Below, in pieces: positions 45,447 to 55,901 of a stretch of 64,000 nt of DNA (positions are counted from its first letter, which is position 1; each line of letters opens with the position of its first letter). The translations under genes were made by a program, and so were the position numbers. The DNA comes from an uncultured delta proteobacterium. Its GTDB lineage: Bacteria; Desulfobacterota; Binatia; UBA9968. A model generated the notes under the pieces. The model saw only the letters and a list, made by a program, of their open reading frames with translations. It did not search any database and was not told the DNA's origin. The stretch spans positions 34,990 to 98,989 of the forward strand of contig CAWJBB010000059.1 in NCBI GenBank assembly GCA_963840855.1, given 5' to 3'.

Positions 45447-46465
45447 GCGCATGGATGCGATGGATAACTTTTTTATCGCTGGCCTTCTGCTGTCTCTGGC
45501 TGACCGCGAGCTGTGAAAAAAAGGAGCAAAATCGTCAGCCTTTGGCCGAGCGGAAACTTAACGTCGTCACCACCGTCGCGCCGATCACAAGCATCGTTGA
45601 AAACGTCGCCGGCGACAGGGTCAAGATCACCGGCATCATTCCGGAAGGGATCAACTCGCATACCTTCGAGCCGATACCGTCGGACAGTAAGTTACTGAGT
45701 AGCGCCGACTTGGTCATCATTAACGGCCTGGATCTGGAAACGCCGACGCTGAAGCTCGCGCAAGCGAACTTGAAACAAGGGGCTTCGATCCATTCCCTCG
45801 GCGACAAGACCATCAAGGAAGGGGAATACATTTTCGATTTTAGCTTTCCCAAAGCGCAGGGACATCCTAACCCCCACTTATGGCTTAATCCTGAATACGC
45901 GACGCGCTATGCAACTTTGGTGCGCGATGAGCTGATTCGCGTCGATCCGAAGAATAAAGACGTCTACGAGAAGAACGCGGCGCAATTTCTCAAGAAGCTC
46001 GAAACCCTCGACCAAGCCATCAAAGACGCCAGCGCCACGATCCCGTCGAACAATCGCCGCCTGCTCACCTATCATGACTCGTGGCCTTATTTTGCGCGCC
46101 GTTATGGATTTCAAGTCATAGGAGCCGTGCAGCCGTCCGATTTCGCCGAGCCGAGCCCCAAGGAAGTGGTTCGGTTGATCGAGCAGATTCGAAGAGAGAA
46201 AGTCCCAGCCGTGTTCGGCTCCGAGGTATTTCCCAGCCCGGTGCTAGAACAGATCGCAAAAGAAGCAAAGAGCAGATATATAGATAAGCTCAGAGACGAT
46301 GAGCTGCCGGGCAAGCCGGGCGATCCGCGGCATTCGTACATCGGCATGATGGTGGAAAATATGACGATCATGTTCGAAGCCCTGGGCGGCTCGGCCGACA
46401 CTTTGAATAAGGTCGATGCCGCGCCCGTCGCCGGCGCTCACGCCGATTACCGAAGAAAGAACTGA
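45443..46465 (+). CDS. Metal ABC transporter substrate-binding lipoprotein (ZnuA/TroA family)
   Basis: Lipobox TASC; SHTFEP, NPHLWL and YHDSW motifs. Confidence 0.92.
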   Translation: MSAWMRWITFLSLAFCCLWLTASCEKKEQNRQPLAERKLNVVTTVAPITSIVENVAGDRVKITGIIPEGINSHTFEPIPSDSKLLSSADLVIINGLDLETPTLKLAQANLKQGASIHSLGDKTIKEGEYIFDFSFPKAQGHPNPHLWLNPEYATRYATLVRDELIRVDPKNKDVYEKNAAQFLKKLETLDQAIKDASATIPSNNRRLLTYHDSWPYFARRYGFQVIGAVQPSDFAEPSPKEVVRLIEQIRREKVPAVFGSEVFPSPVLEQIAKEAKSRYIDKLRDDELPGKPGDPRHSYIGMMVENMTIMFEALGGSADTLNKVDAAPVAGAHADYRRKN

Positions 46466-46479
46466 GCGCATTTCGTTCC

Positions 46480-47340
46480 ATGAACCCGCACGACCATCGG
46501 CCTGGCGATCCCCATAGCCTCCATCCACCCGGCGTTGAAGACCGTTCCTGGGACAGCGCGGCGGCCGCGCCGCTCGTCGAAATGGCGGAAGTTAGCAGCA
46601 GCTACGGCAATACAGTAGCTCTACAAAACGTTTCGCTGAAGATCTGGCCCGGCCAGTTCATGGCCATCGTCGGGCCCAACGGCGGCGGCAAAACCACCTT
46701 GCTGCGCACGATTCTCGGCATGGTCCCTGTTACATCCGGGAAGGTTCTCTTGCGCGGACAAATGCTTACACGCCCATCGCTGGAGCATATCGGCTATGTG
46801 CCGCAGCTCGAAACCATCGATTGGAACTTCCCGATCACCGTCGAGGAAGTCATTTCCATGGGGTTCTTCATCAAGAATCGCTGGTTCGGCGGCATCGGTG
46901 ACAGGGAAAAACGCAAGCTGCACGAAATCCTGGAACGGTTGAATCTACATGGCTTGGGCAAGCGCCATATCCGGGAGCTCTCCGGCGGCCAGCAGCAAGC
47001 GGTATTCATCGGTCGCGCCCTGTTGGGCGATCCCAAACTAATCCTGCTCGACGAGCCCGCGTCGGGGCTCGATATCAGCTCCCGCGATGACGTGATCCAT
47101 TTCCTACACGAGATCAATCACCAGGGAGTCGCCATCGTTCTCACCTCCCATGATTTGAACTGGGTGGCCGCCCATTTGCCCTGGGCGGTGTGTCTCAATC
47201 ACCGGATGATTGCCGAAGGGCGGCCCAACGACGTATTCAACCCTGAAGTATTGAAGGAAGCCTACAGCGGCGAGCTCGTCGTCATCCATCAAGACGGCAT
47301 GGTCATGATCGGCGAACGCCCCCACGCGCCGCACAACTAA
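46480..47340 (+). CDS. Metal ABC transporter ATPase (ZnuC-like)
   Basis: GPNGGGKTT, IGYVPQ and LSGGQQQ motifs. Confidence 0.92.
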   Translation: MNPHDHRPGDPHSLHPPGVEDRSWDSAAAAPLVEMAEVSSSYGNTVALQNVSLKIWPGQFMAIVGPNGGGKTTLLRTILGMVPVTSGKVLLRGQMLTRPSLEHIGYVPQLETIDWNFPITVEEVISMGFFIKNRWFGGIGDREKRKLHEILERLNLHGLGKRHIRELSGGQQQAVFIGRALLGDPKLILLDEPASGLDISSRDDVIHFLHEINHQGVAIVLTSHDLNWVAAHLPWAVCLNHRMIAEGRPNDVFNPEVLKEAYSGELVVIHQDGMVMIGERPHAPHN

Positions 47341-47353
47341 AGCTCGCATACAT

Positions 47354-47482
47354 GGTTCAAGCCGTTCAAATCGTTCAAGTCGTTCAAAACGTCTGAATCG
47401 AGTCAGATCAATTTGAATCTCTCTGCGGTTTTTGTCTTAGCAACGATTTGAACGGCTTGAACTACTTGAACGATTTGAACTG
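47354..47482. repeat. Nonamer tandem/inverted repeat hairpin inside the ABC operon
   Basis: Four GTTCAANNC units ... four NNNTTGAAC units. Confidence 0.85.
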
Positions 47483-47485
47483 TCA

Positions 47486-48316
47486 ATGTCTTTCTTCGCT
47501 CCGTTCGAGTACGAGTTTTTTCGTAACGGTTTCATCGCGGCGGTGGTCATCGGCGCGCTCTGCGGCTTCATCGGCGTTTACGTCGTCTTGCGTCGCATGA
47601 GTTATATCGGCCACGGACTGGCTCATGCTATTTTCGGCGGCGCGGTGCTGAGTTACGTGCTGAACGTGAATTTTTTTGTCGGCGGCGGGCTGTGGGCGTT
47701 GCTCGCCGGCGTATTGATTCATTGGATCAGCCACCGGCGCTGGGTCGGCGCCGACGCCGCCATCGGCGTCGTCACGACGTCCAGCTTCGCCCTCGGCGTC
47801 GCCATCATTTCCACCCATCGGCGTTTCACGCGCAACATCGAAGCCGCGCTCTTCGGCAATATCCTCGGCATCACGCAAACCGATGTCTGGATCGTCGTAG
47901 GTATCTCAGTGATCGTGTTCTGCGCCCTCTTCATGATCCGCCGGCCCCTGCTCTTCTCGACCTTTGACCCCGAAGTCGCATCGGCCTACGGCGTCTCCAC
48001 CGGCAAGATCGACCTCATGTTCGTGATGCTTTTGGCCGTCACCGTGCTAGCGTCGACGCAGATTCTCGGTGTCACACTGGTGGCGGCCGCCATGGTCATC
48101 CCGCCGGTGATCGCGCGTTATCTAACGCAAAAGTTTCAGACCCTGCTCATCGTCTCACCGCTCCTTGGCGCCCTGTGTGGCGGCGCCGGGATGTTATTGA
48201 GTTTCTATTTCGACATTTCCTCCGCCGCCACCATCGTGCTAACGTCCGCGGCGTTGTTCATCGCCGTCGAATTCGCCCTATTTGCCCGCGGCGGCGCGCG
48301 GCGAACGGCGCAATAG
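47486..48316 (+). CDS. Metal ABC transporter permease (ZnuB-like)
   Basis: GVYVVLRRMSYIGHGLAH, LFGNIL and TFDPEVA motifs. Confidence 0.92.
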   Translation: MSFFAPFEYEFFRNGFIAAVVIGALCGFIGVYVVLRRMSYIGHGLAHAIFGGAVLSYVLNVNFFVGGGLWALLAGVLIHWISHRRWVGADAAIGVVTTSSFALGVAIISTHRRFTRNIEAALFGNILGITQTDVWIVVGISVIVFCALFMIRRPLLFSTFDPEVASAYGVSTGKIDLMFVMLLAVTVLASTQILGVTLVAAAMVIPPVIARYLTQKFQTLLIVSPLLGALCGGAGMLLSFYFDISSAATIVLTSAALFIAVEFALFARGGARRTAQ

Positions 48317-48653
48317 CGAAACGTCGAGACTCATGACTCGTCAAAAAAAACAATGCCGGAACCGACTCGGCCGCCGATACTTCTGCGGGCTAGCCAGCGA
48401 TCACGGCAGAGCAATCATGACCAGGTCATGACGCGCCGGTGCAAGGTTTTGAAGATCTCCATCTCAGGGGCGAACTCAGATTGATGCAGGAATCTCGAAC
48501 GCTCCCCAACGACACCGCGACGATTCTGCCGTTCGGACATTGACCGGCGCTTGCGTGGAAACCGAAGTCTCAAACGAAATATCACCATACCGCCGGCGCG
48601 AGCTGTTGAACAATCATCGGCTTGTGCGTTATGTTAACTCCGGTGCGACGCTC

Positions 48654-49052
48654 ATGCCGTCTTTGATCCGCATATTGTCTCGTGAAAACCGCGACCAGGC
48701 CCGCGTCGCGGTCGCCGCCGCGTTCCTCTTTTTTGTTCTCTACTCCGCTCCCCATCGGGTGCATCATTTCTTCGAGCAGGGAACCGTTGCGGCGACGCAG
48801 GACAATAACCAAGCATGGCATGATCACCCCCCGGCCGCGAACGGCCATGACCACGAGCGCGAGCCGCCGCAACCGAGACCCACTGATTGCGCCGCGCAGT
48901 TGGCCGCGCAAAATACCCACTTTGCCGCGCTTCCGCTCATCGAATTCCCGTTTGCGACATTTAACAGTACTGCTGTTGAGCCTCATGCAGTCGCGTGGGC
49001 TTCATCCTTCAATCCTTCTCCCTATTCACAGCGAGCACCCCCGCTCGCCTGA
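48654..49052 (+). CDS. DUF2946-like leader protein ending in RAPP
   Basis: N-terminal TM/signal, His-rich middle, a single Cys and C-terminal QRAPPLA. Confidence 0.7.
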   Translation: MPSLIRILSRENRDQARVAVAAAFLFFVLYSAPHRVHHFFEQGTVAATQDNNQAWHDHPPAANGHDHEREPPQPRPTDCAAQLAAQNTHFAALPLIEFPFATFNSTAVEPHAVAWASSFNPSPYSQRAPPLA

Positions 49053-49277
49053 CGCGCGCACCTCTCGCTTTCATCATTGACGCTGCCGGCCCCAGCGATG
49101 GTATCGGCGGCGGGAGTTTTTTCCAGCTCCGTTCAACTCGCCGGCCAACAGATTCGCGGGTCGGCATGGCGGAACGGCAATCCGGGATCGGATTGCGCTC
49201 GCGGCGTTGTTTGACAATGACGGGCGCCGACAGCAAAAACGGCGCCCACGAGCCGCCCCAAGGAAGGATGATGAACT

Positions 49278-50603
49278 ATGAGAAGAAAATCGATTCAAAC
49301 CGCCTTTGTGATCAGTCTCTTCACGCTCTCTGCTTGCGGCTCCACTATGGTTACGCCCGCCGGCTCCACTCGCTCCAGTAATGTTGATTTCGGCTCAGAA
49401 CGGATTCTTGGACAGTCGGAGAAAAATCCGTCCACGCCGTTCCTGCGATTTGCCCCCGACGGCCGGCTGTTCGCTATCTGGTCCGAAGATCATGATGTTC
49501 TCTGGCCCGAAGGCAGTCACGCTGCCGGACATCACCGAATGGCCGGCGACCGGGCCCCGTCGCCGATGCGCAACGCTTTTCTCGCGTGGTCCGCCGACGC
49601 CGGCAAGACCTGGTCAACCGCCAGGCGCGTGAACTCGACCGTCGAGGCCGTCCAAGGCGAGGAGAACGGCCCGAAAGTCGCCTTCAACAAAGACAACAAA
49701 GCCTATGTCGTCTGGTCCATTCCAGGTGAGAAGGGTGACAAGACGCGGGCCAACATTCGCTTCGCGATGGAAGACGGCAATGGTGGTTTTACTCCAGCGA
49801 AGACACTGAATGAAATTAAAGACGCAGGACGTTTTCCAATTATCGAAGCGACACCCGACGGCAACTTCCTCGTAGCCTGGATCGACCGGCGCATCGATGG
49901 TCCGAAGCCGCGCCAGCTCTATCTGATGCGTCTCGATTCCAACGGGAAAGCACTCACGAAAAACTACCAAGTGGGCGAAGGGCTCTGCGAGTGCTGCAAG
50001 TTGGGCATTGCCTTCGCGGATAGTGGCAAGACGGTGTATATGGTCGACCGTGAGGTCGACGGTCAAAAGATTCGTAATCATGTGCTGCGCAAATCCACCG
50101 ACGGTGGTGCGACATTCGGCATGCCCGTGGAAATCAGCAACGACGGCTGGCAAGTGCCCTCGTGCCCGCATTCAGGTCCCAGCATCGGACGCGACTCGCG
50201 CGGCCAGCTTCACGTGGCCTGGTTTACGCTCGGCCGCTCGGAAAACGAAGCGGGGATTTATTACAGTGTGTCAAAAGACGGCGGCAAAAGCTTTGCGCCG
50301 CGCCATCTAGTCCACGCCAACACCGCACCGGAAATTCTCTACAACAACCTCTTGGTGGGCGACGGCGATACGGTTTACCTGGCTTGGAGCAATCTCGACG
50401 GCGATAAAAAGTCACAGATTTACCTGCGCACTCTCGCTCCCGATGGTCGTACTTGGAGCCCGATCCAGCAGATCAGCGCCGCCCGCGGCAACGCCGGCCG
50501 CCCGGTTTTGGCGCTCTTGAAGAATCAATTGCACATCGCGTGGACAGAAACCTATGGCGAGACATCGCGGGTGGTTGTCAGAAACGCGACAGTGGACCAA
50601 TGA
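49278..50603 (+). CDS. BNR/Asp-box (sialidase-like) beta-propeller lipoprotein
   Basis: Lipobox LSAC; Asp boxes SADAGKTW, STDGGATF and SKDGGKSF; CECC and CPHSGP motifs. Confidence 0.85.
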   Translation: MRRKSIQTAFVISLFTLSACGSTMVTPAGSTRSSNVDFGSERILGQSEKNPSTPFLRFAPDGRLFAIWSEDHDVLWPEGSHAAGHHRMAGDRAPSPMRNAFLAWSADAGKTWSTARRVNSTVEAVQGEENGPKVAFNKDNKAYVVWSIPGEKGDKTRANIRFAMEDGNGGFTPAKTLNEIKDAGRFPIIEATPDGNFLVAWIDRRIDGPKPRQLYLMRLDSNGKALTKNYQVGEGLCECCKLGIAFADSGKTVYMVDREVDGQKIRNHVLRKSTDGGATFGMPVEISNDGWQVPSCPHSGPSIGRDSRGQLHVAWFTLGRSENEAGIYYSVSKDGGKSFAPRHLVHANTAPEILYNNLLVGDGDTVYLAWSNLDGDKKSQIYLRTLAPDGRTWSPIQQISAARGNAGRPVLALLKNQLHIAWTETYGETSRVVVRNATVDQ

Positions 50604-51172
50604 ATATTTCGATTCGAACGAGAAAGTTAACGCAACGGCAGTCACTGTGGCCGGGGCTGCCGCTCATGAGCTGTGCCTTTGCAATCGCGTTGCTGGCAGC
50701 TCCCGCTTGGGCGCAACATGTTCACCCGGAGCCTCAAAACTCCGCGCCCGTTGTCGGCGCCGCCGCGGTCCCTTTCGATTTGAAAACGTTGGACGGAAAA
50801 CCAGCGGGGCTGGAAACATTTCGCGGCAGGCCGCTGGTAATGAATTTCTTCGCCAGCTGGTGCGACCCCTGCCGCGAGGAGATGCCCTTGATCAATGAGC
50901 TGGCGGCGAAGGGAGCTAAGCAAGGATACAACGTGCTAGGCATCGCGGTTGAAGACACTCGCGCCGCGGTGACGGAGTTCGCCAAAGAAGCGAAGCTCTC
51001 ATTTCCCATCGCGCTCGATCTGAACAGCACTGTCAAGCGCGGCTACCGAATCTTCGGCCCGCCCGCGACATTTTTCATCGACGCACAGGGTGTCATCCGC
51101 GACGTCGTCCTCGGCCCGTTAACGGCGGAGCGGGCGCGGCAGGCACTCAAAAAAACCGCCGGCGATCTTTAG
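50600..51172 (+). CDS. TlpA-family thiol-disulfide reductase
   Basis: NFFASWCDPCREEMP and PATFFID motifs. Confidence 0.9.
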   Translation: MNISIRTRKLTQRQSLWPGLPLMSCAFAIALLAAPAWAQHVHPEPQNSAPVVGAAAVPFDLKTLDGKPAGLETFRGRPLVMNFFASWCDPCREEMPLINELAAKGAKQGYNVLGIAVEDTRAAVTEFAKEAKLSFPIALDLNSTVKRGYRIFGPPATFFIDAQGVIRDVVLGPLTAERARQALKKTAGDL

Positions 51173-51274
51173 CCGGGCCGGAGAATGACGCCATCGACAA
51201 AGCGCGGCGGTCTTGTCACCGTTGCGAACGTCACATTTGTGACCAATAGACTTCGCAAAAAGAAGGATAACCCA

Positions 51275-52096
51275 ATGAACGGATTCATACGGATGGAACG
51301 ATCTCAGCTGCTCATGTTCATTTTGCTCTTCCCCGCGGTGGCCTGGAGTCATGACGGCTGGATTCAGGTGAGTCCGATCGTCGAAAGAGGCCAGCCGATA
51401 ACGATCGCGCTAATGCACGGCAACCACTCAAATGAACACGGGAGCTTTCGGATAGCCGGCAAATGGGACTTGCAGTATACGAAACTCTGGATTCTCGATC
51501 CGAGCGGGAAAGCAGCTGATATCACCAAATCTGTCGTAGACCTGGGTGAAGATCCCGAAAAGACCGGACCCAAGGGTCCTAAGGGTTTCCATTTGGCCCA
51601 GTTCACGCCGCGCGAGGAAGGCCCATACGTCGTGTTGGCGCGCCAGGAGCGCGTGCTTCACCAAGACGGCGGTTCGACCCTTCGGACCATGCGCAACGCG
51701 CGATCCGCTTTCGTCGCCTTGCGCAACCCTCGCGTATCCGAGGCCCTGAGAACCGAAGGCTTCAGCCGCACGCATGCAACCGATAACCTTTTGGAGATTG
51801 TTCCGGTGACGAATCCGGTCGGTGTCATGCACAAAGGTTCGATCCTCTTCGAGGTTATTCACAAAGGCAAACCTGCGATAAACAAGATGGTGACGGTGAT
51901 TAGTCAAATGGCGAGCGCGGCCTCGGCGCAGGATCTCAAGACCGATGACAAGGGTCGAATCAAGGTCACGGTCGGCGCGGCGGATGCCTACTTGGCTCGC
52001 GTGAAGTTCGATGAGGATATCCGGCAGGCTTCGGGGCGGATCGACAAGGAGTCATACGAGGCTACGTATGTCTTTCAAGTCTTTAATCCTATGTAG
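51275..52096 (+). CDS. DUF4198 (NikM-associated) periplasmic protein
   Basis: His right after the signal cleavage site (AWS-HDGWI), HGNH, LEIVPVTNP and KTDDKG. Confidence 0.75.
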   Translation: MNGFIRMERSQLLMFILLFPAVAWSHDGWIQVSPIVERGQPITIALMHGNHSNEHGSFRIAGKWDLQYTKLWILDPSGKAADITKSVVDLGEDPEKTGPKGPKGFHLAQFTPREEGPYVVLARQERVLHQDGGSTLRTMRNARSAFVALRNPRVSEALRTEGFSRTHATDNLLEIVPVTNPVGVMHKGSILFEVIHKGKPAINKMVTVISQMASAASAQDLKTDDKGRIKVTVGAADAYLARVKFDEDIRQASGRIDKESYEATYVFQVFNPM

Positions 52097-52445
52097 CGCG
52101 CTGTTGATGCCGATGACTTTCGCGCGAGCGGATTTTGCTTCGGCGCACGCTTATCCGGTTAACGTATCGCCGGCGGACGGGTCCACGATTGCGCAGCCGC
52201 CTCGTGAGGTCCGAGTTCAGTTCACCGAGGGAGTCGAGCTGGAATTCAGCCGCATCGACGTCAAGAACGCCGGCGGCGAAAAAGTTACTCAGGGCACCTT
52301 GAGAAAGATTGCCAATGATAGCCTGGCCATCGATCTCAAGCCGTTGGCTCCAGGCAGCTACATCATCGAGTGGCAAGTTTTATCGGTAGACACCCATATA
52401 ACGGAAGGCCGGTTAGGCTTCACGGTCAAGCTTGTAGGACGCTAA
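52068..52445 (+). CDS. copC: Copper-binding protein CopC
   Basis: A-HAYPVNVSPADG ... F.E..E ... WQVLSVDTHITEG. Confidence 0.9.
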   Translation: MSFKSLILCSALLMPMTFARADFASAHAYPVNVSPADGSTIAQPPREVRVQFTEGVELEFSRIDVKNAGGEKVTQGTLRKIANDSLAIDLKPLAPGSYIIEWQVLSVDTHITEGRLGFTVKLVGR

Positions 52446-52449
52446 CGCA

Positions 52450-53713
52450 GTGCTGTTTACGATCGAAGCAGCGGTTTCAGGCATCGGCTACTTGACGTTG
52501 GCGCTGAGCGTGGGCACGCTATTAACCGCCGGCTTTCTGCTACCGGCCAACGACAGCGTCTTGCGGCGCAATTTAGCGGCGGCCGCGCGGCTGTTTTTGT
52601 TCGTTTTCTTGATCGTCGGCTTTCTTGCCGTGCTTGTGCAGGGAGCCAAATTGAGCGGCGGAACATGGCCGTCTGGCGATGTTTTGATCCGCTATCTCGG
52701 CCGTACCCAAAGTGGTCGAATCTGGCTCGCGCGCGAGATTTACGTGGTGTGCCTCATGGCGCTGGCCACGGCGCTTTTGCGCCGCGGGGTTAATGTCCGA
52801 GCACTGCGGCTACTTTTCTTTCTGGTTTTGGTGTTGGTCGCGACTCGCGGGCTCACCGGGCATGCGGTCGCCGCGCGAGAGAATGCGGTCCTGTTGATCG
52901 GCGCCGATGCGATTCACATGACCTGCGTTACGCTCTGGGCAGGCGGGTTGCCGGTGCTTTCCTGGCTGCTCTGGAGGGGGAGACGATCGCAGGAAAGCGC
53001 CAACCGGTCGGCTGTGGCGGTACGGCACTTTTCACGCGTGGCACTGGTCAGCGTCTGCTTGCTCGTATCGAGCGGCCTTTACCAATCGGTGACTCATGTG
53101 GAGGTCTTTCTGCGCTGCTCAATACCGCTTACGGCAACCTCCTGACTTTCAAGCTTGCGTTGGTTGGCTTGATGTTAGCTTTGGGCGCGTTAAACCGTTT
53201 TTCTACCAAACCCGCTCTGGCCCGCGCCGCTTCATCGGCGACCGCCGAGTCAAGGGCCGCAAAAGCATACCTGCCGATCGGCTGGGAAGGGGCTTTGGGA
53301 ATGTCTAGTACTGGTTCTCACCGGGTTTCTCACTACCTTGCCGCCTGGGGTCCACAGCGCCCACACTCCGACGCAACCGGCAAGACGGGAGCATGCCTAG
53401 CCCTGCGCATTCTCATGCTCCGGCAAACCTCCTCGCACCCGCTGAAGGCGCCAGCGTAAGAATCATTGTCCCGGCGCCGGGACAAGTCTTTTCCGGGGAT
53501 CGGGTGCCCCTCGAATTCCTTCTCATCAAGGGAAAACGCGGCCACCATGCGCACGCGTACGTAGACGGTGAGCTAGCTGGCATGTTCGAGACCACTAAGG
53601 GCACTTTGACTGGAATCAAACCAGGAGAGCACACGCTCGAAATTCGAGTTGTCATGGAAGATCACAAGACCGAGATTGATGCCACGGACAGAGTGACCTT
53701 TGCCATCGAATGA
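52450..53713 (+). CDS. copD: CopD membrane protein with a C-terminal His-containing Ig-like domain (several frameshifts)
   Basis: LTGHA, HMTCVTLWAGGL and FSRVA motifs. It continues via YGNLLTFKL and LPPGVHS into the GHHAHAYVDG domain. Confidence 0.75.
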
Positions 53714-53720
53714 ACTGCTC

Positions 53721-54870
53721 ATGAAACGAGGCATCCAGACCGCTTTCAGTCTCACCACCGCCTTCGTTCTTGTCGGTTGTGATTCTGGCGCGTCCAGCCG
53801 GCGCAGACCTTTCGCTGGGATATTCCGGACTGGATTCCCCCGCCGGCCGAACCGGCCGACAATCGAATCACGCCGGCAAAAGTAGAACTTGGCCGCTATC
53901 TCTTTTACGATAAACGGCTATCGGCCGACCAGACCATGGCGTGCGCGACTTGCCATGAGCAGGCACGCGCCTTCACCGACGGCAAACGGACTGCGGTCGG
54001 CATTACCCATGAGGCAAGCAAACGTAACACAATGAGTTTAACCAACGTCGCGTACTATCCAAGCCTCACCTGGGGAAATCCACGAATCGAATCCCTGGAA
54101 GCTCAGGCACTGATTCCGCTCTTCGGCGAACGTCCCGTGGAAATGGGAATGGCTGGGCAGGAGACATTATTGTCAAAGCGGCTGAGAACGGAACCGCTTT
54201 ATCAAAAGCTATTCGCCGAGGCTTTTCCGGAAAAGACGCGCGATTCCCCAGCGGACTTGTATTCCCTTTCCACTCTCACCGATGCTGTTGCCTCCTTCCA
54301 GCGCACCCTGTTGTCTTTCAACTCGCCCTATGATCGCTACAAGTACGGCGACGATAAGAGCGCCATCAGCCCGGCGGCACAGCGCGGCGAAGCGCTATTC
54401 CGGCGGGGGAAGATGGGTTGCTATAGATGCCACGGCAGCCTCTATTTTACCGACAACGTCAAGCATGCGCGGCTCGACGTTCCGGAGCAGCGTTTTCATA
54501 ACACCGGTCTTTACAACGAAGACGGCCGGGGCGCTTACCCCGCGGGACACGCGGGCATAGCCGAATTCACAGGCCGCGACGACGATATGGGCAAGTTCCG
54601 CACGCCCAGTTTGCGCAACGTCGCGCTGACGGCGCCGTACATGCACGATGGCTCCATCGCCACGCTGGAGGACGTCATTCGAACACATTATGCCAGGAAG
54701 GGCGCGCCGTTCACGCGGGCAAACCCGCCAATCCGCTGCGCAGCAGACTGATTGACGGTTTTCAGGTCAGCGACCGCGAAGTGCGTGACCTGGTGGAATT
54801 CCTCAAGAGCCTGACGGACGAGAGCTTCGTCAAGAATCCAAAATTCTCCGATCCGTGGCAAAAGAAATGA
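53721..54870 (+). CDS. MbnH-like di-heme cytochrome c peroxidase-family enzyme (frameshifts near 53790 and 54700)
   Basis: PADNRITPAKVELGRYLFYDKRLS, CATCH, LTWGNP...PLFGERPVEMG, CYRCH, FRTPSLRNVALTAPYMHDG and C-terminal FSDPW. Confidence 0.85.
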
Positions 54871-55857
54871 AGATGAACAATTCCCACTGGATAGGATTGA
54901 AAGCATTGCCGTGGTGACGCTCTCCAAATCATCGCTTTTCGCGCTGGCGGTCGTTCCATTGTTGTTCCGGCAGCTATCGTGAATTTTATCGCCACCAACC
55001 ACCACCGGAAAAGCCTATGGAAGTCGCGCGTTCCTATCTCAGGGTCACTCTGGCGCGGAACTACCGGGAGGCCTATCGCTTCATTTCAGCAGCCGATCGA
55101 AGCGGGTAGCCAACCAAGAAGATTACGTTGCAAGCTCAGGGAGCGTTTCAGCGGGTTTGCCCTGCAAGTGGCCAAAATGACTCGCCGCACAGGTTGGAAT
55201 TCCGGCTGGTCGAGCAAGAGATCGAAGGACGACCGGGCGCGTTTGACTTTAGACTACAAAGTCCCCGCCGCCGATGAACTTTCTGCGCTGCTGTACAACT
55301 GGGACCAAGATAAGCTCAACGCGCTTTCCCGCGCCGAGCAACAACGCATCATTGGCGCCTTGGAAAAAATGAAAAAAGCTGGAAACATGATCAACATCGA
55401 AGGCCGGGAGACATTCAATCTGGTCAAAGAGGACGGTCGCTGGAAAGTATTCCTGGATTGGGCGTCGGGGATCAAAGTATCGTTTAATGCCGCTCTGCCC
55501 TCCGACAGCTTGGTTGAGGTTGAAGTGCTGAAGCGCGAACTTTTTGCGAGCGTGGATGAGCCGTTTCAAACCAACCTCAAATTTTGGAACCGAGGGCAAC
55601 ATGAGGTGGTGGCGCAGATCGATCACCTTATCGAGCCGAGGGAATTCGCCGGCCGCGTCGCCATGATCGCCTGCGGCTTTCTCAGACCGCTAACGCTTTA
55701 CCCCGGCGAAGTGCGGGAAGTCTCCAGCGCCTATCTGCTCGACAGTGGGTTTCCGAAACCGACGCAGCTGAGCATCACGTACGAGTTAAAGCTTGGGCCC
55801 AACCCATCGGCGGCGAGCCGCCAGTCGAGTACGGCGAGTAAGGTTCGAAATCAATGA
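54867..55857 (+). CDS. Cox11/CtaG-like domain protein, paralog 1 (5' part frameshifted)
   Basis: LLYNWDQDKLNAL, LVKEDGRWKVFLDW and HLIEP...MIACGFL motifs. Confidence 0.65.
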
Positions 55858-55901
55858 GCCGTTGCGGCCTGTTAACCGCTGAACTGACACTGAAGGACAA
55901 A

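Noticed and set aside
53721-54870. Methanobactin biosynthetic cluster
   Set aside because: No MbnA precursor, MbnB or MbnC is visible in the window.
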